NCBI GenBank assembly: GCA_016840035.1
Contig: JAEOTC010000068.1
Span: forward strand, 1 to 64,000
Reading direction: 5' to 3'
Source of the DNA: Candidatus Hodarchaeota archaeon
GTDB lineage: Archaea; Asgardarchaeota; Heimdallarchaeia; Hodarchaeales; Hodarchaeaceae
DNA length: 64,000 bases
Shown in pieces: positions 1 through 10,258 of the stretch (its first letter is position 1; every line of letters starts with the position of its first letter). The position numbers and the translations under genes are program-made. The notes below the pieces were generated by a model that ran no database searches, was not told where the DNA came from, and saw only the letters and a list, made by a program, of their open reading frames with translations.

Positions 1-28
1 ATAAATTTAGTAGATATACCATTCTTCT

Positions 29-1645
29 CTATTTTTTCAATTTTTTACCCATATAGGATCCCATCTGAGTAAATCCTTGTTTTCGATAATAATCACGGAC
101 ACCAAGAGCTGAAGTTACAAGTATTCTTTGATAACCTCTTTCAAGAGCAATCTCTTCTGCTTTTCTGATCAATTTTACCCCTAAACCACGATGTTGCCAT
201 TCAGAATCTTGAGGAATTTGCCCTAATCCCACTAATTGGCCATAGACATGAAGTTCCCTAATTATTACCGCATCTTGATCTTTGATCTCTGGTCTGAAAG
301 CTGCTTCAGAAGGTTCTCGAAGTCTTAGAAAACCAAATAAGGTCTTCTTATCCGTCGTGTTATATGATATGAAATGTTCGACTCCATCGGATGATGGATA
401 TTCATATACATCCAAAGTTTTTTGCTTTTCTACCCATGTCTGGTTTTTTCGAAGTATTTGGTGACCAACTTCTCGACATCGAATACAAGAGCATTCTTCT
501 CCTCTTTCTTTTAGCAGTTTTTCGGCTAACTCTCTGAGATTTCCGTATCGTACTCCATCTGTGATGAGATATGCAGGAATATCACGTTGCACACGTTGTA
601 TGCGAACGAATTCAGGTGTCACTGCTTTGACTTTCGAAATTACATCTACAACACTATCAGAATCATACGGAATGTATTCTTTCTTTTCCCAAAGGTCAAA
701 TAATTTTGTATTCTGAAGAACTAACGTGGGGTATATCTTTATAGCATCAGGGATATATCGAGGATCTGTGTACAATGTTCCAAACATCTTTATGTCTTCT
801 TCGGGTGTTTGGAACAGATTTGGCATCATATGTAGAGTTACCTTCAATCCTCCATCTCGAGCAAAACGAATTGCTTTCTCAACATCTTCAATTGTATGAT
901 GACGTTGTACAAACTCTAGAACCTTCTTTGATAAGGTTTGTACACCAATCTCAACCCAAGTGCCCCCTAACTCTAGAATTCTATTTATATGAGTTTTTCT
1001 TGAATAATCAGGACGAGTTTCAAATGTTATCCCAACGTTACGTCTTTGACTTATTTCTGAATTATTTTTTGCTATTTGTAGTGTTCCAGAAGTTTTGTTA
1101 CTAATTCCGTCAAGGCATTCTTTAATAAAATGTTCTTGATATTGTTCTGGATTTGCTAGAAACGTACCACCCATGATAACCAAATGAACTTTATCCAGCG
1201 GATGACCTATTGCCTTCAATTGGTTTAATCTTGCAATAACCTGTCTTTTTGGCTCAAATTTATTCTCGATACCCCGCATTGCAGCTGGCTCTCTTCCAGT
1301 ATAGGATTTTGGGGCTCCTGGTACATCTGGACAATAAATACACTTACCTGGACAGGGTGAAGGCTTAGTCATTAGTGCCACTACAGCGATTCCACTGATT
1401 GTCCTGACTTTTCTAACCCTCAAGAAAAGTCGTAGGGTTTCCTTATCGGACTCTGTTATCAGATCAGTTGATTCAATGTATTCTAAAAGTTCGGAATTAC
1501 GAACAAAACGATTTAAACTATACTTCTTAGCAGCTTTCCTCTTCAGGCTTTCAAGTTTGGATTTCTTCATTCCAGACTCCGATAAAAGAGTATTTACAAT
1601 TGTCTCTAGTGCTTTTGTTAATGGATCTGTTAATTCTTGAGTCAT
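29..1645 (-). CDS. elp3: tRNA uridine(34) acetyltransferase Elp3 (radical SAM + GNAT)
   Basis: RTISGIAVVA..CPGKCIYCP, SYTGREPAAMR, GGTF, ETRPD, RVQRDIP, C-terminal RELHVYG/QHRGLG GNAT motifs. Confidence 0.95.
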   Translation of the reverse strand: MTQELTDPLTKALETIVNTLLSESGMKKSKLESLKRKAAKKYSLNRFVRNSELLEYIESTDLITESDKETLRLFLRVRKVRTISGIAVVALMTKPSPCPGKCIYCPDVPGAPKSYTGREPAAMRGIENKFEPKRQVIARLNQLKAIGHPLDKVHLVIMGGTFLANPEQYQEHFIKECLDGISNKTSGTLQIAKNNSEISQRRNVGITFETRPDYSRKTHINRILELGGTWVEIGVQTLSKKVLEFVQRHHTIEDVEKAIRFARDGGLKVTLHMMPNLFQTPEEDIKMFGTLYTDPRYIPDAIKIYPTLVLQNTKLFDLWEKKEYIPYDSDSVVDVISKVKAVTPEFVRIQRVQRDIPAYLITDGVRYGNLRELAEKLLKERGEECSCIRCREVGHQILRKNQTWVEKQKTLDVYEYPSSDGVEHFISYNTTDKKTLFGFLRLREPSEAAFRPEIKDQDAVIIRELHVYGQLVGLGQIPQDSEWQHRGLGVKLIRKAEEIALERGYQRILVTSALGVRDYYRKQGFTQMGSYMGKKLKK

Positions 1646-1665
1646 TAGCTAGATTTCCAAATATT

Positions 1666-2703
1666 TTATGGTGAGAAAGCTGCTAATGAGAGTAATATCG
1701 CTGTTACTAAAATTATTGCATGTACTAGTAATATTACTTGTACATTCCTTTTCTCTGAAATTTTAAAATAATAGGGAATAATCCAATATACTGTATACGG
1801 GCAAGGTGCAATGATATTATTGTTAGTATCAACAGATGCAATCTTTGTTGTTTGTTGAGTTTTTAAATATATAAAAAACATCATAAAATTGATAAAATGT
1901 AATCCAAATGCACCTAAAGCTATACGATCCATATTTCCTATGATCAACGCGACTATTATACCAGTTCCTAACGTTAATGTTCCAGTATCTCCTATCAATA
2001 ATTTTGCTGGGTACCAATTGAAACGTAGTAATACGATGAATCCTCCTAACAAAGTAGAGGTAAACATTGCCACAACTGGATCATCGACAATGAACGAAAC
2101 TAAGAGGATACCAAATAGAGAGATAACTCCATTTCCTACCTCCAACCCATTAAATCCTGCAAGCATATTAAATGAATTAAATGCAAAATTTATCGCCAAT
2201 GGTATAATGACAAGACTATATAAATTCAATCCTCCAAAAGTGAGATCAATATCTCCGAACATACCTAAGTTAATACTACTATTCCCTACTTTTAACGCCA
2301 TTAAAGGTAATGCCGGTAAAAACCCCAACAGTATTTTATCCCTCCATTTAATTTTAAAAACATCATCTAGGAAGCCTATTAAGCCAGCAATTACAACGCT
2401 CATTAAACCTGCCAGTAAGGGTACAAAGGATTGTTCTTCTGTCGTTCCAGTGAAAGGATAAATTTGTAATTCGGTCATATAGGCCCATCCAAAAATTAAC
2501 AAGAGAATTGTGAAAATAAATGCAATTAAAGGCGCTAAACCTCCAGCTTCTGCAATTATTGGAGTATTCTTTTTATGAGCATCAACAGTAGTGATGCCTC
2601 GCTTAAGAGAAACCTCTTTTACCCATGGAACTAGAAATCTTGTTATCATTGCCGAAATTAAGAATGCAAAGATTGTAGTAGGAATAATTACTGCTGATAA
2701 CAT
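1666..2703 (-). CDS. aglH: UDP-GlcNAc:dolichol-phosphate GlcNAc-1-phosphate transferase (AglH/Alg7, MraY-like family)
   Basis: Multi-TM; EAGG, GFLDD, NSFNMLAGFNGLE, FNWYPAKLLIGDTG motifs. Confidence 0.85.
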   Translation of the reverse strand: MLSAVIIPTTIFAFLISAMITRFLVPWVKEVSLKRGITTVDAHKKNTPIIAEAGGLAPLIAFIFTILLLIFGWAYMTELQIYPFTGTTEEQSFVPLLAGLMSVVIAGLIGFLDDVFKIKWRDKILLGFLPALPLMALKVGNSSINLGMFGDIDLTFGGLNLYSLVIIPLAINFAFNSFNMLAGFNGLEVGNGVISLFGILLVSFIVDDPVVAMFTSTLLGGFIVLLRFNWYPAKLLIGDTGTLTLGTGIIVALIIGNMDRIALGAFGLHFINFMMFFIYLKTQQTTKIASVDTNNNIIAPCPYTVYWIIPYYFKISEKRNVQVILLVHAIILVTAILLSLAAFSP

Positions 2704-2836
2704 AATCTAACCCTTCTTAGTAGTATTAATGCTTCATGCTTCCGAAGAGAAGTATTGATTAAAAGATTATAACCTGTAGTTTTGAGAGAATCTTCATTCA
2801 TAATTGACTTAAAAACGACCTATTGGGGCTTAAACC

Positions 2837-3877
2837 GTGAAATGTATCATACCTGCAGCAGGTAAAGGAACACGTCTCCAACCACATACTCAGAATAAAC
2901 CTAAGGCATTATTAAAAATAGGTAATAAACCAATAATTACTCACATATTAGATAAGATTTTAGAAGCTAATATTACTGATTTCATTATTGTAGTGGGTTA
3001 TGAAAAAGAAAAATTAATTGATTATCTTCTTGGATATTATTCTGATAGGTGTAACTTCACGTTTGTAGAACAAGAAGAGAGGAGGGGCCTTGGACACGCA
3101 ATTTATATGGCTGGTAAGCATCTCGAGGGAGAATCAACATTGATTACCCTCGGAGACGCTTTGTATGAGAACTCATATCTCTCAATGATAACTGAGTTTC
3201 GGAAACACGAAAACTGGGATGGAGTAATAACCGTTAGAGAGGTATCCAATCCACAATCATATGGCGTTGTTGTCACTGAAGCGAACTCACAAATCATTAC
3301 GCAATTGGTTGAGAAACCGAAAACCCCAGTATCTAATAAAGCAATTACAGGAGTATATTTGATACGAAACACAAAAATTCTCCAAAAATATTTATCCGAT
3401 ATTGTTGATACTAATGCTACTGGGGCTGGAGGAGAAATACAGTTAACTGATGCCTTACAAATGATGGTTGAGGGTAATTATACTTTAGGAATAATTGAAT
3501 CTGGTGCATGGTATGATTGTGGAAACAAAGAAGCTTTATTGGAAGGAAATCACTACGTTCTATCCTTACTCCAAGAATCAGAAATCAAATGTGAAATCAA
3601 AGATAGCATAATTGTGCATCCTGTGGCTGTGGAAACTGGGTGTGTTATTAGTAAATCCATAATCGGACCAAATGTAAGTATTGCACAAGATACTACTGTT
3701 ACAAAAGGGATCATCTCTTCTTCAGTTATAGGTTCAAATTCTAGTATCGTGAATGTGAATATTGAAAATTCCCTCATTGGAGATGAAGTTTCCATAAGTG
3801 GAAGAATGAATGATGTCAATCTTGGAGATGGGACTAAAATACAACTTTCATCAGGAATGGGCACGAATGACACGTAA
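2837..3877 (+). CDS. Sugar-1-phosphate nucleotidyltransferase (glucose-1-P thymidylyltransferase-like) with C-terminal left-handed beta-helix
   Basis: PAAGKGTRLQP..KPK, GLGHA, VEKP, GEIQLTDA, WYDCG; hexapeptide repeats at the C-terminus. Confidence 0.9.
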   Translation: MKCIIPAAGKGTRLQPHTQNKPKALLKIGNKPIITHILDKILEANITDFIIVVGYEKEKLIDYLLGYYSDRCNFTFVEQEERRGLGHAIYMAGKHLEGESTLITLGDALYENSYLSMITEFRKHENWDGVITVREVSNPQSYGVVVTEANSQIITQLVEKPKTPVSNKAITGVYLIRNTKILQKYLSDIVDTNATGAGGEIQLTDALQMMVEGNYTLGIIESGAWYDCGNKEALLEGNHYVLSLLQESEIKCEIKDSIIVHPVAVETGCVISKSIIGPNVSIAQDTTVTKGIISSSVIGSNSSIVNVNIENSLIGDEVSISGRMNDVNLGDGTKIQLSSGMGTNDT

Positions 3878-4166
3878 ATCAGTAAATGACTTTCAGAATT
3901 TAATGAAAGATCTCTACCTCGAGCGTGATAGACAACGGGGAATAGAAAAAACTTTATTATGGTTGCAGACTGAGCAAGGCGAACTTATCGATGCATATCT
4001 AAAGAATGATACTTCAACGATTATAGAGGAGGTCGCAGATATATTTGCATGGCTGTGTTCCGTATGTAATTTGTTTGAAATTAATCTCGAATCTGCTGTA
4101 TGGGAAAAGTATCCAAACAAGTGTCCTAAATGCTTGAAGTCTCCCTGCCTTTGCCCAAAAAGATAA
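3867..4166 (+). CDS. MazG-like nucleotide pyrophosphohydrolase
   Basis: WLQTEQGEL, EEVADIFAWL, C-terminal KYPNKCPKC..PC.C; start moved to ATG 3867, overlapping the upstream gene end. Confidence 0.85.
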   Translation: MTRKSVNDFQNLMKDLYLERDRQRGIEKTLLWLQTEQGELIDAYLKNDTSTIIEEVADIFAWLCSVCNLFEINLESAVWEKYPNKCPKCLKSPCLCPKR

Positions 4167-4187
4167 TGGAATTCATTATTCTAATTT

Positions 4188-4907
4188 TTATTTTTCAAAT
4201 TCTGCTTTTTTTCTATCATATTCAATACGAGTCATAACTTGTTTTGCAGGAGCACCCATAACAACTGCATCGTCATGTACGTTTTTTGTAACGATAGATC
4301 CTGCGGCAACGACTGAATTCTCACCTATGATAATTCCAGGAAGAATAACAGCTGCTATACCGATTACAGCCCCATTTTTTACATCAGTTCCAATCAAACG
4401 GCTACTCTCGGGGTAGAGATCATTTGCAAAGCGCACACCAGGACCAAGAAATACGTCATTTCCTATGTTAATTTTGGGGGGTATAAAGTTATTAGATTGA
4501 ATTCGTGCATTTCTCCCTATAATAACACCACCATCAATAATTGTTCCGCTACCAATAATGCTTCCGCTTCCAATTTTAGTATTCTCTCTTATTACTACGT
4601 TGGTTCCAGTCTCAACATGGTCTCCTAGCTCTGTACTCTCATAGATTGTTGTAAAAGGTCTGATATGATTTCTATTGCCGATAATTGACCCTGAAGATTT
4701 CTCATCAAAAAAAACCTCAAGCTTATTAGAATTCTGTGTTTTTGTCATGATATCCTTGGATTTCGATCGAATTGGATAACCAATTATAACTGAGGAGTCT
4801 ATTATTGATTCATTCCCAATCATAGTTGGTCCGTAAATATAACATACACTCGAAATGAATGGTGTGGAAATTTTTGCAGTCTTTGAAATAAAACTGGAAT
4901 CTTTCAT
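4188..4907 (-). CDS. Hexapeptide-repeat (left-handed beta-helix) acetyltransferase, sugar N-acetyltransferase-like
   Basis: Repeated [IV]G..[AS].I hexapeptides, FANDLYP, VAAGSIVTKNV..GAPAK. Confidence 0.85.
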   Translation of the reverse strand: MKDSSFISKTAKISTPFISSVCYIYGPTMIGNESIIDSSVIIGYPIRSKSKDIMTKTQNSNKLEVFFDEKSSGSIIGNRNHIRPFTTIYESTELGDHVETGTNVVIRENTKIGSGSIIGSGTIIDGGVIIGRNARIQSNNFIPPKINIGNDVFLGPGVRFANDLYPESSRLIGTDVKNGAVIGIAAVILPGIIIGENSVVAAGSIVTKNVHDDAVVMGAPAKQVMTRIEYDRKKAEFEK

Positions 4908-4939
4908 AAGTTACATCTCTGATATATTTATATACTCTT

Positions 4940-5188
4940 CTAGTCTTGTTTTAAAGGTTCAGCGATAGTAGATACTTCCTTTGCTGGGAGTGTCTCGGGA
5001 GGTAGGAAGAAATAAGTGATAAAGGTTAATATGAATATAAACAATAAGATAAGCAAAGGAAAAAGCCCATCAAATGGTATGAATGGAATTAGAGGGCCTA
5101 AAATAATAACCATGAATCCAATTATTATGGATGAGAGAAAGGCTACTAAAATTCCTCGGAGGATATTAGCTAATGAGAATTTTGTCAT
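4940..5188 (-). CDS. Small two-TM membrane protein, unknown function
   Basis: Two hydrophobic segments; fits tightly between co-oriented nadC and the acetyltransferase. Confidence 0.65.
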   Translation of the reverse strand: MTKFSLANILRGILVAFLSSIIIGFMVIILGPLIPFIPFDGLFPLLILLFIFILTFITYFFLPPETLPAKEVSTIAEPLKQD

Positions 5189-5214
5189 TTAGTTCACCGA
5201 TATTTGAAATTTTC

Positions 5215-6084
5215 TTATATTTGGATTTTTAATGAGAAATCTAAAGATTTTACGGAATGAGTTAAAGCACCCATCGAAATCACATCTATTCCTCTAATCA
5301 AATATTGCTTGATATTATCAGGAGATATTCCCCCGCTGATTTCTATTAGTGGTTTCCTTCCTGATATTTTTTCATCTAGGATGGAAATTGCTTGTCGAAT
5401 ATTTTCTGGGGTGAAATTATCAAGCATTATAATATCGGGGTCTAAATCAAGAATAGTCTCAAATTCCTCAAGAGTTTCCACCTCAATATCTATTTTTTTA
5501 CTGAATGAAGACATTTTTTGATACTTTCTTAAAATTTCATCAATTGATTTCCCATCAAATAATGCTAAATGATTTTCTTTAATTAAAACTTCATCAGAAA
5601 GACTCCATCGATGTGGATCTCCCCCACCTACTTTTACGGCATATTTTTCGAAATATCTAAATCCAGGGGTTGTCTTACGAGTTGAAGCAATCCTTATCGG
5701 TAATTTTGAGTCCGAAATCAAGTTTGCAATGATCTTGGTCTGTGTTGTAATACCTGATAACCGCATAATTATATTAAGTACGGTTCGTTCGACCATCAGT
5801 ATCGTTTTACTACTTCCCTTGACACTAAGTACAATTTCATCTTTACATATTGGATCTCCGTCATTTTTGTACGTTTTTACTTTTAATCCAACAGCTTCCA
5901 ATAGAATACGTGAGAATTCTATACCACAAACATAACCTTGGTCTTTCACCTTTAGATTTGCGTGAACTAATTTTTCAGGGATAATTTCTGCAGTAATATC
6001 CCCAAATTCAAGATCCTCTTCGAGATACTGTAGTAATTTTTTTTCTACAAGCTTAAAAGGTAAAGATGCCATTATTTTCACCAA
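5215..6084 (-). CDS. nadC: Nicotinate-nucleotide diphosphorylase (quinolinate phosphoribosyltransferase)
   Basis: EDLEFGDIT, STRKTTPG, HRWSLSD..LIKENH, IMLDN, EISGGI. Confidence 0.95.
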   Translation of the reverse strand: MVKIMASLPFKLVEKKLLQYLEEDLEFGDITAEIIPEKLVHANLKVKDQGYVCGIEFSRILLEAVGLKVKTYKNDGDPICKDEIVLSVKGSSKTILMVERTVLNIIMRLSGITTQTKIIANLISDSKLPIRIASTRKTTPGFRYFEKYAVKVGGGDPHRWSLSDEVLIKENHLALFDGKSIDEILRKYQKMSSFSKKIDIEVETLEEFETILDLDPDIIMLDNFTPENIRQAISILDEKISGRKPLIEISGGISPDNIKQYLIRGIDVISMGALTHSVKSLDFSLKIQI

Positions 6085-6426
6085 TATTGTACAAACAGGT
6101 TTAATAAATATAGTAATAGGTTATATGAGATACATTTTTTGAAAGATCACTTTTAATTAGAATAACTCCAAAAAGAGCATTTAACAAAAGTGTTATGAAT
6201 TTTTTATGTCTCCTCACAGCGACCTAGCCCATTTCTTACTGGTATAAAAGTTTTTTAATTCTCTCACATAAGAATTGTTGAAGAAATATCAATTAGAATA
6301 AGCGCAAATATGTCCATAGACATTGATTAAAGCCATATTAAAGGAAATAAAGTCGAATAATTAAATTATCACAGATTTTCTATGAAATTATGGGAGATTA
6401 CATATTAAAAAGGTCGTTGAGTTATT

Positions 6427-7113
6427 TTGAAAGTTTCTTGCTTAGTTTCTGGTGGGAAGGATTCTGTATTTGCCCTATGGTGTGCCCTCCATCAGTATGA
6501 AGTCATTTCTATAATAAATATTGAGACCGATGACTCTGATAGCTTGCTTTTTCATATACCAAATACTCAGTATGTATCCTTAATTGCAGAAATATTGAAT
6601 ATTCCTCTTCTCAATGCGAAAACTCGAAGCTCAGATGTGAATGAGGAGATATCAGTACTAGTTCAAACATTCAAAGAGTCCGGAGCAGAAGCTATCATTA
6701 CTGGTGGAATAAGATCAGAATTTCAAAGATATAAATTCAATATTGCTGCTCAAAAAGCCAATATAAAATGTTTCAATCCTCTATGGAGGCTTGATCCAAG
6801 TACTCTAATGAGCGAATTACTAACGAGTCATTTCTATGTTATTCTCGTATCTGTATCAGCAATGGGATTCGGAAAAGATCTTCTAGGAGCGAAACTTACA
6901 TTAAAGAAATTAAATGAATTAACAAAATCAGGAAAAGTTTCAGAATTAGCGATAACTGGAGAAGGGGGAGAATATGAGTCTTTTGTATTAGATGCACCTT
7001 TTTTTCATTCAAAGATTGCAGTCAAAGAAGCACAGATCCATTGGGATGAATATCGAGAGGAAGGTAGATACGAGATTTTAAAAGCCGTGTTAGAACCAAA
7101 AAGACCTGTTTGA
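6427..7113 (+). CDS. dph6: Diphthine--ammonia ligase (PP-loop ATPase)
   Basis: SGGKDS PP-loop, PLW, GEGGEYESFVLDAPFF. Confidence 0.9.
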   Translation: MKVSCLVSGGKDSVFALWCALHQYEVISIINIETDDSDSLLFHIPNTQYVSLIAEILNIPLLNAKTRSSDVNEEISVLVQTFKESGAEAIITGGIRSEFQRYKFNIAAQKANIKCFNPLWRLDPSTLMSELLTSHFYVILVSVSAMGFGKDLLGAKLTLKKLNELTKSGKVSELAITGEGGEYESFVLDAPFFHSKIAVKEAQIHWDEYREEGRYEILKAVLEPKRPV

Positions 7114-7116
7114 TAA

Positions 7117-7980
7117 CTATATTGGCTGATAAGTTACTGAGAGAGTTTCAATTGCTAGGAGTTTACTGGTTTCGTTATCTAACAATGAAACAAATATTAA
7201 ATACGGCTCACCCGGTACTGTTAACTCAGAGGAGTTCACTTGGAAGACTTGATCGAAGAAATTGGACGTCTCATATTTTCCTAAGACGAAAATGTACTGA
7301 CTAGTATTAACATCGTTCACTAAGAAATATAAACCACTCGAGGAGGCGGTTGAAAATTCTAATCTTAAATCTAAAGCCAAGCTTCCATTATTAATAACAG
7401 AAAAGTTCATGATCAATCCTGATTGACTGAAAGTTGTTATTGGTGTCCGCGAAACAAGAGAAACAGGGCCATATGTGTCACCGACTTTGAAAATATCAGA
7501 ACGAATAGTTTTTCCAGATCTTGAGTTAACTTTCCCTTGGGGATAAATTGTCACCTCAATATAGATTGTGTCATTTTCGGGTGTTAATTCACTCTGATCA
7601 ACGGTGTTATCACACGATAGCTCAATGGTTTCAGAACCTAAACCTGGTAAAATAATACTTGATTGATCCATTGACCACCCTGAAATTAAAGTACGATCGA
7701 TACTAAATAATGAAAATGACTCTTCCGTAATTTCAATGTTGGTTCTTTCTGTATTCTGAAGAGTGATATCAAATTTATCGATTTTGATATCGTTATCTGT
7801 TGTTTCAAAAGAAGAAAAGCCCAGGACTTCTATACCCAAAGGATCAGGAGTGTTAATTGTACCAAACATCACTATGGCGACTCCTAATCCTGCAACTACT
7901 ACAAGGCCAATTAAAAGAACAGTGGCAATTACAGGACTAATACCTCTTTTTTTTCTTCTAGATTTAAACAATTTCTTCAT
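7117..7980 (-). CDS. Archaeal type IV pilin/archaellin-like protein (class III signal peptide)
   Basis: N-terminus RRKKRG|ISPVIATVLLIGLVVVAG, then beta-rich polar domains. Confidence 0.85.
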   Translation of the reverse strand: MKKLFKSRRKKRGISPVIATVLLIGLVVVAGLGVAIVMFGTINTPDPLGIEVLGFSSFETTDNDIKIDKFDITLQNTERTNIEITEESFSLFSIDRTLISGWSMDQSSIILPGLGSETIELSCDNTVDQSELTPENDTIYIEVTIYPQGKVNSRSGKTIRSDIFKVGDTYGPVSLVSRTPITTFSQSGLIMNFSVINNGSLALDLRLEFSTASSSGLYFLVNDVNTSQYIFVLGKYETSNFFDQVFQVNSSELTVPGEPYLIFVSLLDNETSKLLAIETLSVTYQPI

Positions 7981-8252
7981 TTTCCAATTCTCACTGCTCT
8001 TTTTTTTGTTTCTTAAATGAAAACTTAATTGATTATAGTATTACTCGATTGAAATCTGTTCACATGAAACTCGTTCTTATTGTGGATTTGGCCTAAGTCT
8101 TCTCTTTTGTATCTTTCCGAACAAGTGATAAAACTTGAAGCGTAAAGGAAATTCCCAATTATCTCTGATATGAATTTTTCGTCATTAAATGTTGAATAAG
8201 ATTAAAGTTAATCCTCTTTTCACTTTAATGGTAAAATAAATAAACCGGAACA

Positions 8253-8332
8253 TCAACAGAGGTACCAGCAAAATGCTTTTCTGCTAAGCCGGACGGTAAT
8301 CAGCTTCATCGCAACGGGAAGGCCTCTGCTGA
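8253..8332 (-). ncRNA. Putative structured RNA element (unclassified)
   Basis: GC-elevated intergenic island. Minus strand forms a 10-bp outer stem TCAGCAGAGG/CCTCTGTTGA and an inner hairpin TAGCAGAA-AAGCA-TTTTGCTG; G-U pairs favour the minus strand. Confidence 0.4.
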
Positions 8333-8377
8333 CCGATACATTAGCAGTCTCTACTGAAAAGATCCTTTAGTCTTGTT

Positions 8378-10216
8378 TTACCACCTAGAAAACCCTATTC
8401 CACAAGTTTCTGATATCAACAACAAGAATAAAGCAATTTCCTCCATTTCCTGGTTTGATTCTGAAGCAACAAACGCAACACCTTCTCCATGATATAATGG
8501 TTGCATTATCATGGATATAATTGCATCTAGTGCTTTTCCAAGGGTCCACAAAGCTTCTGTTTCTACCTGTTCACGGATTTCTTTCTCATAGATGAAGGTT
8601 TTAAATTTTGAAGGAATTTTTTCTCTTACAAAATCACGGTTAGGTGGGATAATCAAAATTGAACCTTCTCTAGGAATGTTGAATCTTGACGATAACGTCT
8701 TAATATTCAGTTCTACTTGTGTGAGATATTCTACAATACTTAACCATAGTGTACCTCTTACTGCAACCTTATCATGCTCTATGGGAGCTTCTAAAGAGAC
8801 TGAACTATGATTAATCTCAACTTTTCCTTTTACTTTGGTAGCAATGTCCTTGAGTGACTCAGCTATGCCTTCAAGTCTTGGACCATAAGTAGAAATTTGA
8901 CATACTACTTGGTCGAGCTTATGGAATAGACTTACCGTAATATTCGACTCGCTGGAGGGAATTACTTCTGCTGGTGTTAGATCAAGTGCCATTGGAGATG
9001 TATCTAAAACTACAGGGATATCAGCAAAGTTATATTGAAGGCCACTTTCTCTGGTTTTTTGTAATTGAGCAGTAATTTTGGAGCTTATTTCACTTACGGG
9101 GATTGAGGGCTTGATAACGGGTTTTTCTACAATCGTTTTTGTTGGAATTGCATCTGGCTCTGCAGATAGTTGGATATCGGGTCTAATTGTTGTTTTTTCA
9201 ACTGGTGGTGCACTCAATGCCGAAGTTGGTGTTTGCAATTCCTCCTTTTCTACCACTAATTCTTGTAACTCTGGTATATCTGCTGTCTCAATTTCTCTTG
9301 CCGGGGGACTGAGTTCTCGCATTTTATACATTACTGGAGCGGACATTGTCACTACAATATCTTTTCCGGGTTGTATCACAGTCGATAACAAGACGTTGTT
9401 TCTGATATAGTTATCCTCACTAGGAGGAAACATTGCCATAGATTGGGCAATCTCTCGTGCATCATTATTGTCAATAAACTTTCTCATTTTCGCAGTATTG
9501 GAATTCTCCCCAAAAATTCTACTAAGAACATCATAAACATGTTCTCCAGCATTTGCAGAAAAATACTGTTTGAGAGGTGACTCTAAACCGAAAATCAATA
9601 TGTTATCATTATCCTCAACCCCAGGTATAGGAGTAAATGATAGAACTCGTGAAGTTTTGGAAGCCTCAATAATGGATAAGAGGTCGCTTGTATCATTTGG
9701 ATTGATAAACATCAATCTAGAAACTACACTCTCCACTCCATACCGAAGATCATGAGCAAAAGCAGTTAGTAATACTAATGCAGAGAGCATTCCATCGCCT
9801 GTTCGTGGAATAACATATATAGAATCCGCAGGAGATGTTAAAAGTTGATAAAAGGTGTCCAAATGCCTGTTCTGAGCATCTAGTACATTTCCATCAAGAA
9901 ATTGTTCAATTAAATTCAATACAATTCCCATGGTAGGGACGACTTGACGGGCATTTTTTGCGATAGGGATCAAGACTAGTGCGACAAGATCGTCAGATCT
10001 TTTTACTTGAGGAAATAGGAATATCATCCGATGATTCTGAAATCTGATAAAGTGAATTCTTTCTCCTCCCATAATCTTCTGCGAAAAGAGAGTTAGAACT
10101 TGGGTAACAGTTGCACTAATTTTTGAGTGCTCAGTTAAACGCCCTTTACCTGAGCTAAAAATTACTCTATTTTGATGAACGACAAGGAGATCGGTAGAAT
10201 CCATTTGTATATCCAT
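8378..10216 (-). CDS. Multidomain protein with N-terminal longin-like domain, possible DENN-like core, Pro-rich linker and unknown C-terminal domain
   Basis: 612-aa ORF; LFSQKIMGGERIHFIRFQNHRMIFL..LVALVLI is a longin-like helix-strand pattern; domain calls are inference. Confidence 0.55.
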   Translation of the reverse strand: MDIQMDSTDLLVVHQNRVIFSSGKGRLTEHSKISATVTQVLTLFSQKIMGGERIHFIRFQNHRMIFLFPQVKRSDDLVALVLIPIAKNARQVVPTMGIVLNLIEQFLDGNVLDAQNRHLDTFYQLLTSPADSIYVIPRTGDGMLSALVLLTAFAHDLRYGVESVVSRLMFINPNDTSDLLSIIEASKTSRVLSFTPIPGVEDNDNILIFGLESPLKQYFSANAGEHVYDVLSRIFGENSNTAKMRKFIDNNDAREIAQSMAMFPPSEDNYIRNNVLLSTVIQPGKDIVVTMSAPVMYKMRELSPPAREIETADIPELQELVVEKEELQTPTSALSAPPVEKTTIRPDIQLSAEPDAIPTKTIVEKPVIKPSIPVSEISSKITAQLQKTRESGLQYNFADIPVVLDTSPMALDLTPAEVIPSSESNITVSLFHKLDQVVCQISTYGPRLEGIAESLKDIATKVKGKVEINHSSVSLEAPIEHDKVAVRGTLWLSIVEYLTQVELNIKTLSSRFNIPREGSILIIPPNRDFVREKIPSKFKTFIYEKEIREQVETEALWTLGKALDAIISMIMQPLYHGEGVAFVASESNQEMEEIALFLLLISETCGIGFSRW

Positions 10217-10258
10217 GTTAATTCATTGGAATAATCTATGAGTTAGCTTATTAAGGTT

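Noticed and set aside
4140-4166. C-terminal CPKR of MazG as a CaaX box
   Set aside because: Part of the conserved Cys cluster of archaeal MazG-like proteins; not aliphatic
8280-8315. SECIS, TPP or cobalamin riboswitch, or RNase P reading of the structured element
   Set aside because: Only fragments match (ATGA..GA, CTGAT, GGGAAGG, CGGCTTA). There is no apical AA loop, no UGAGA, no GAGGAAAGTCC, and the upstream ORF has no in-frame TGA
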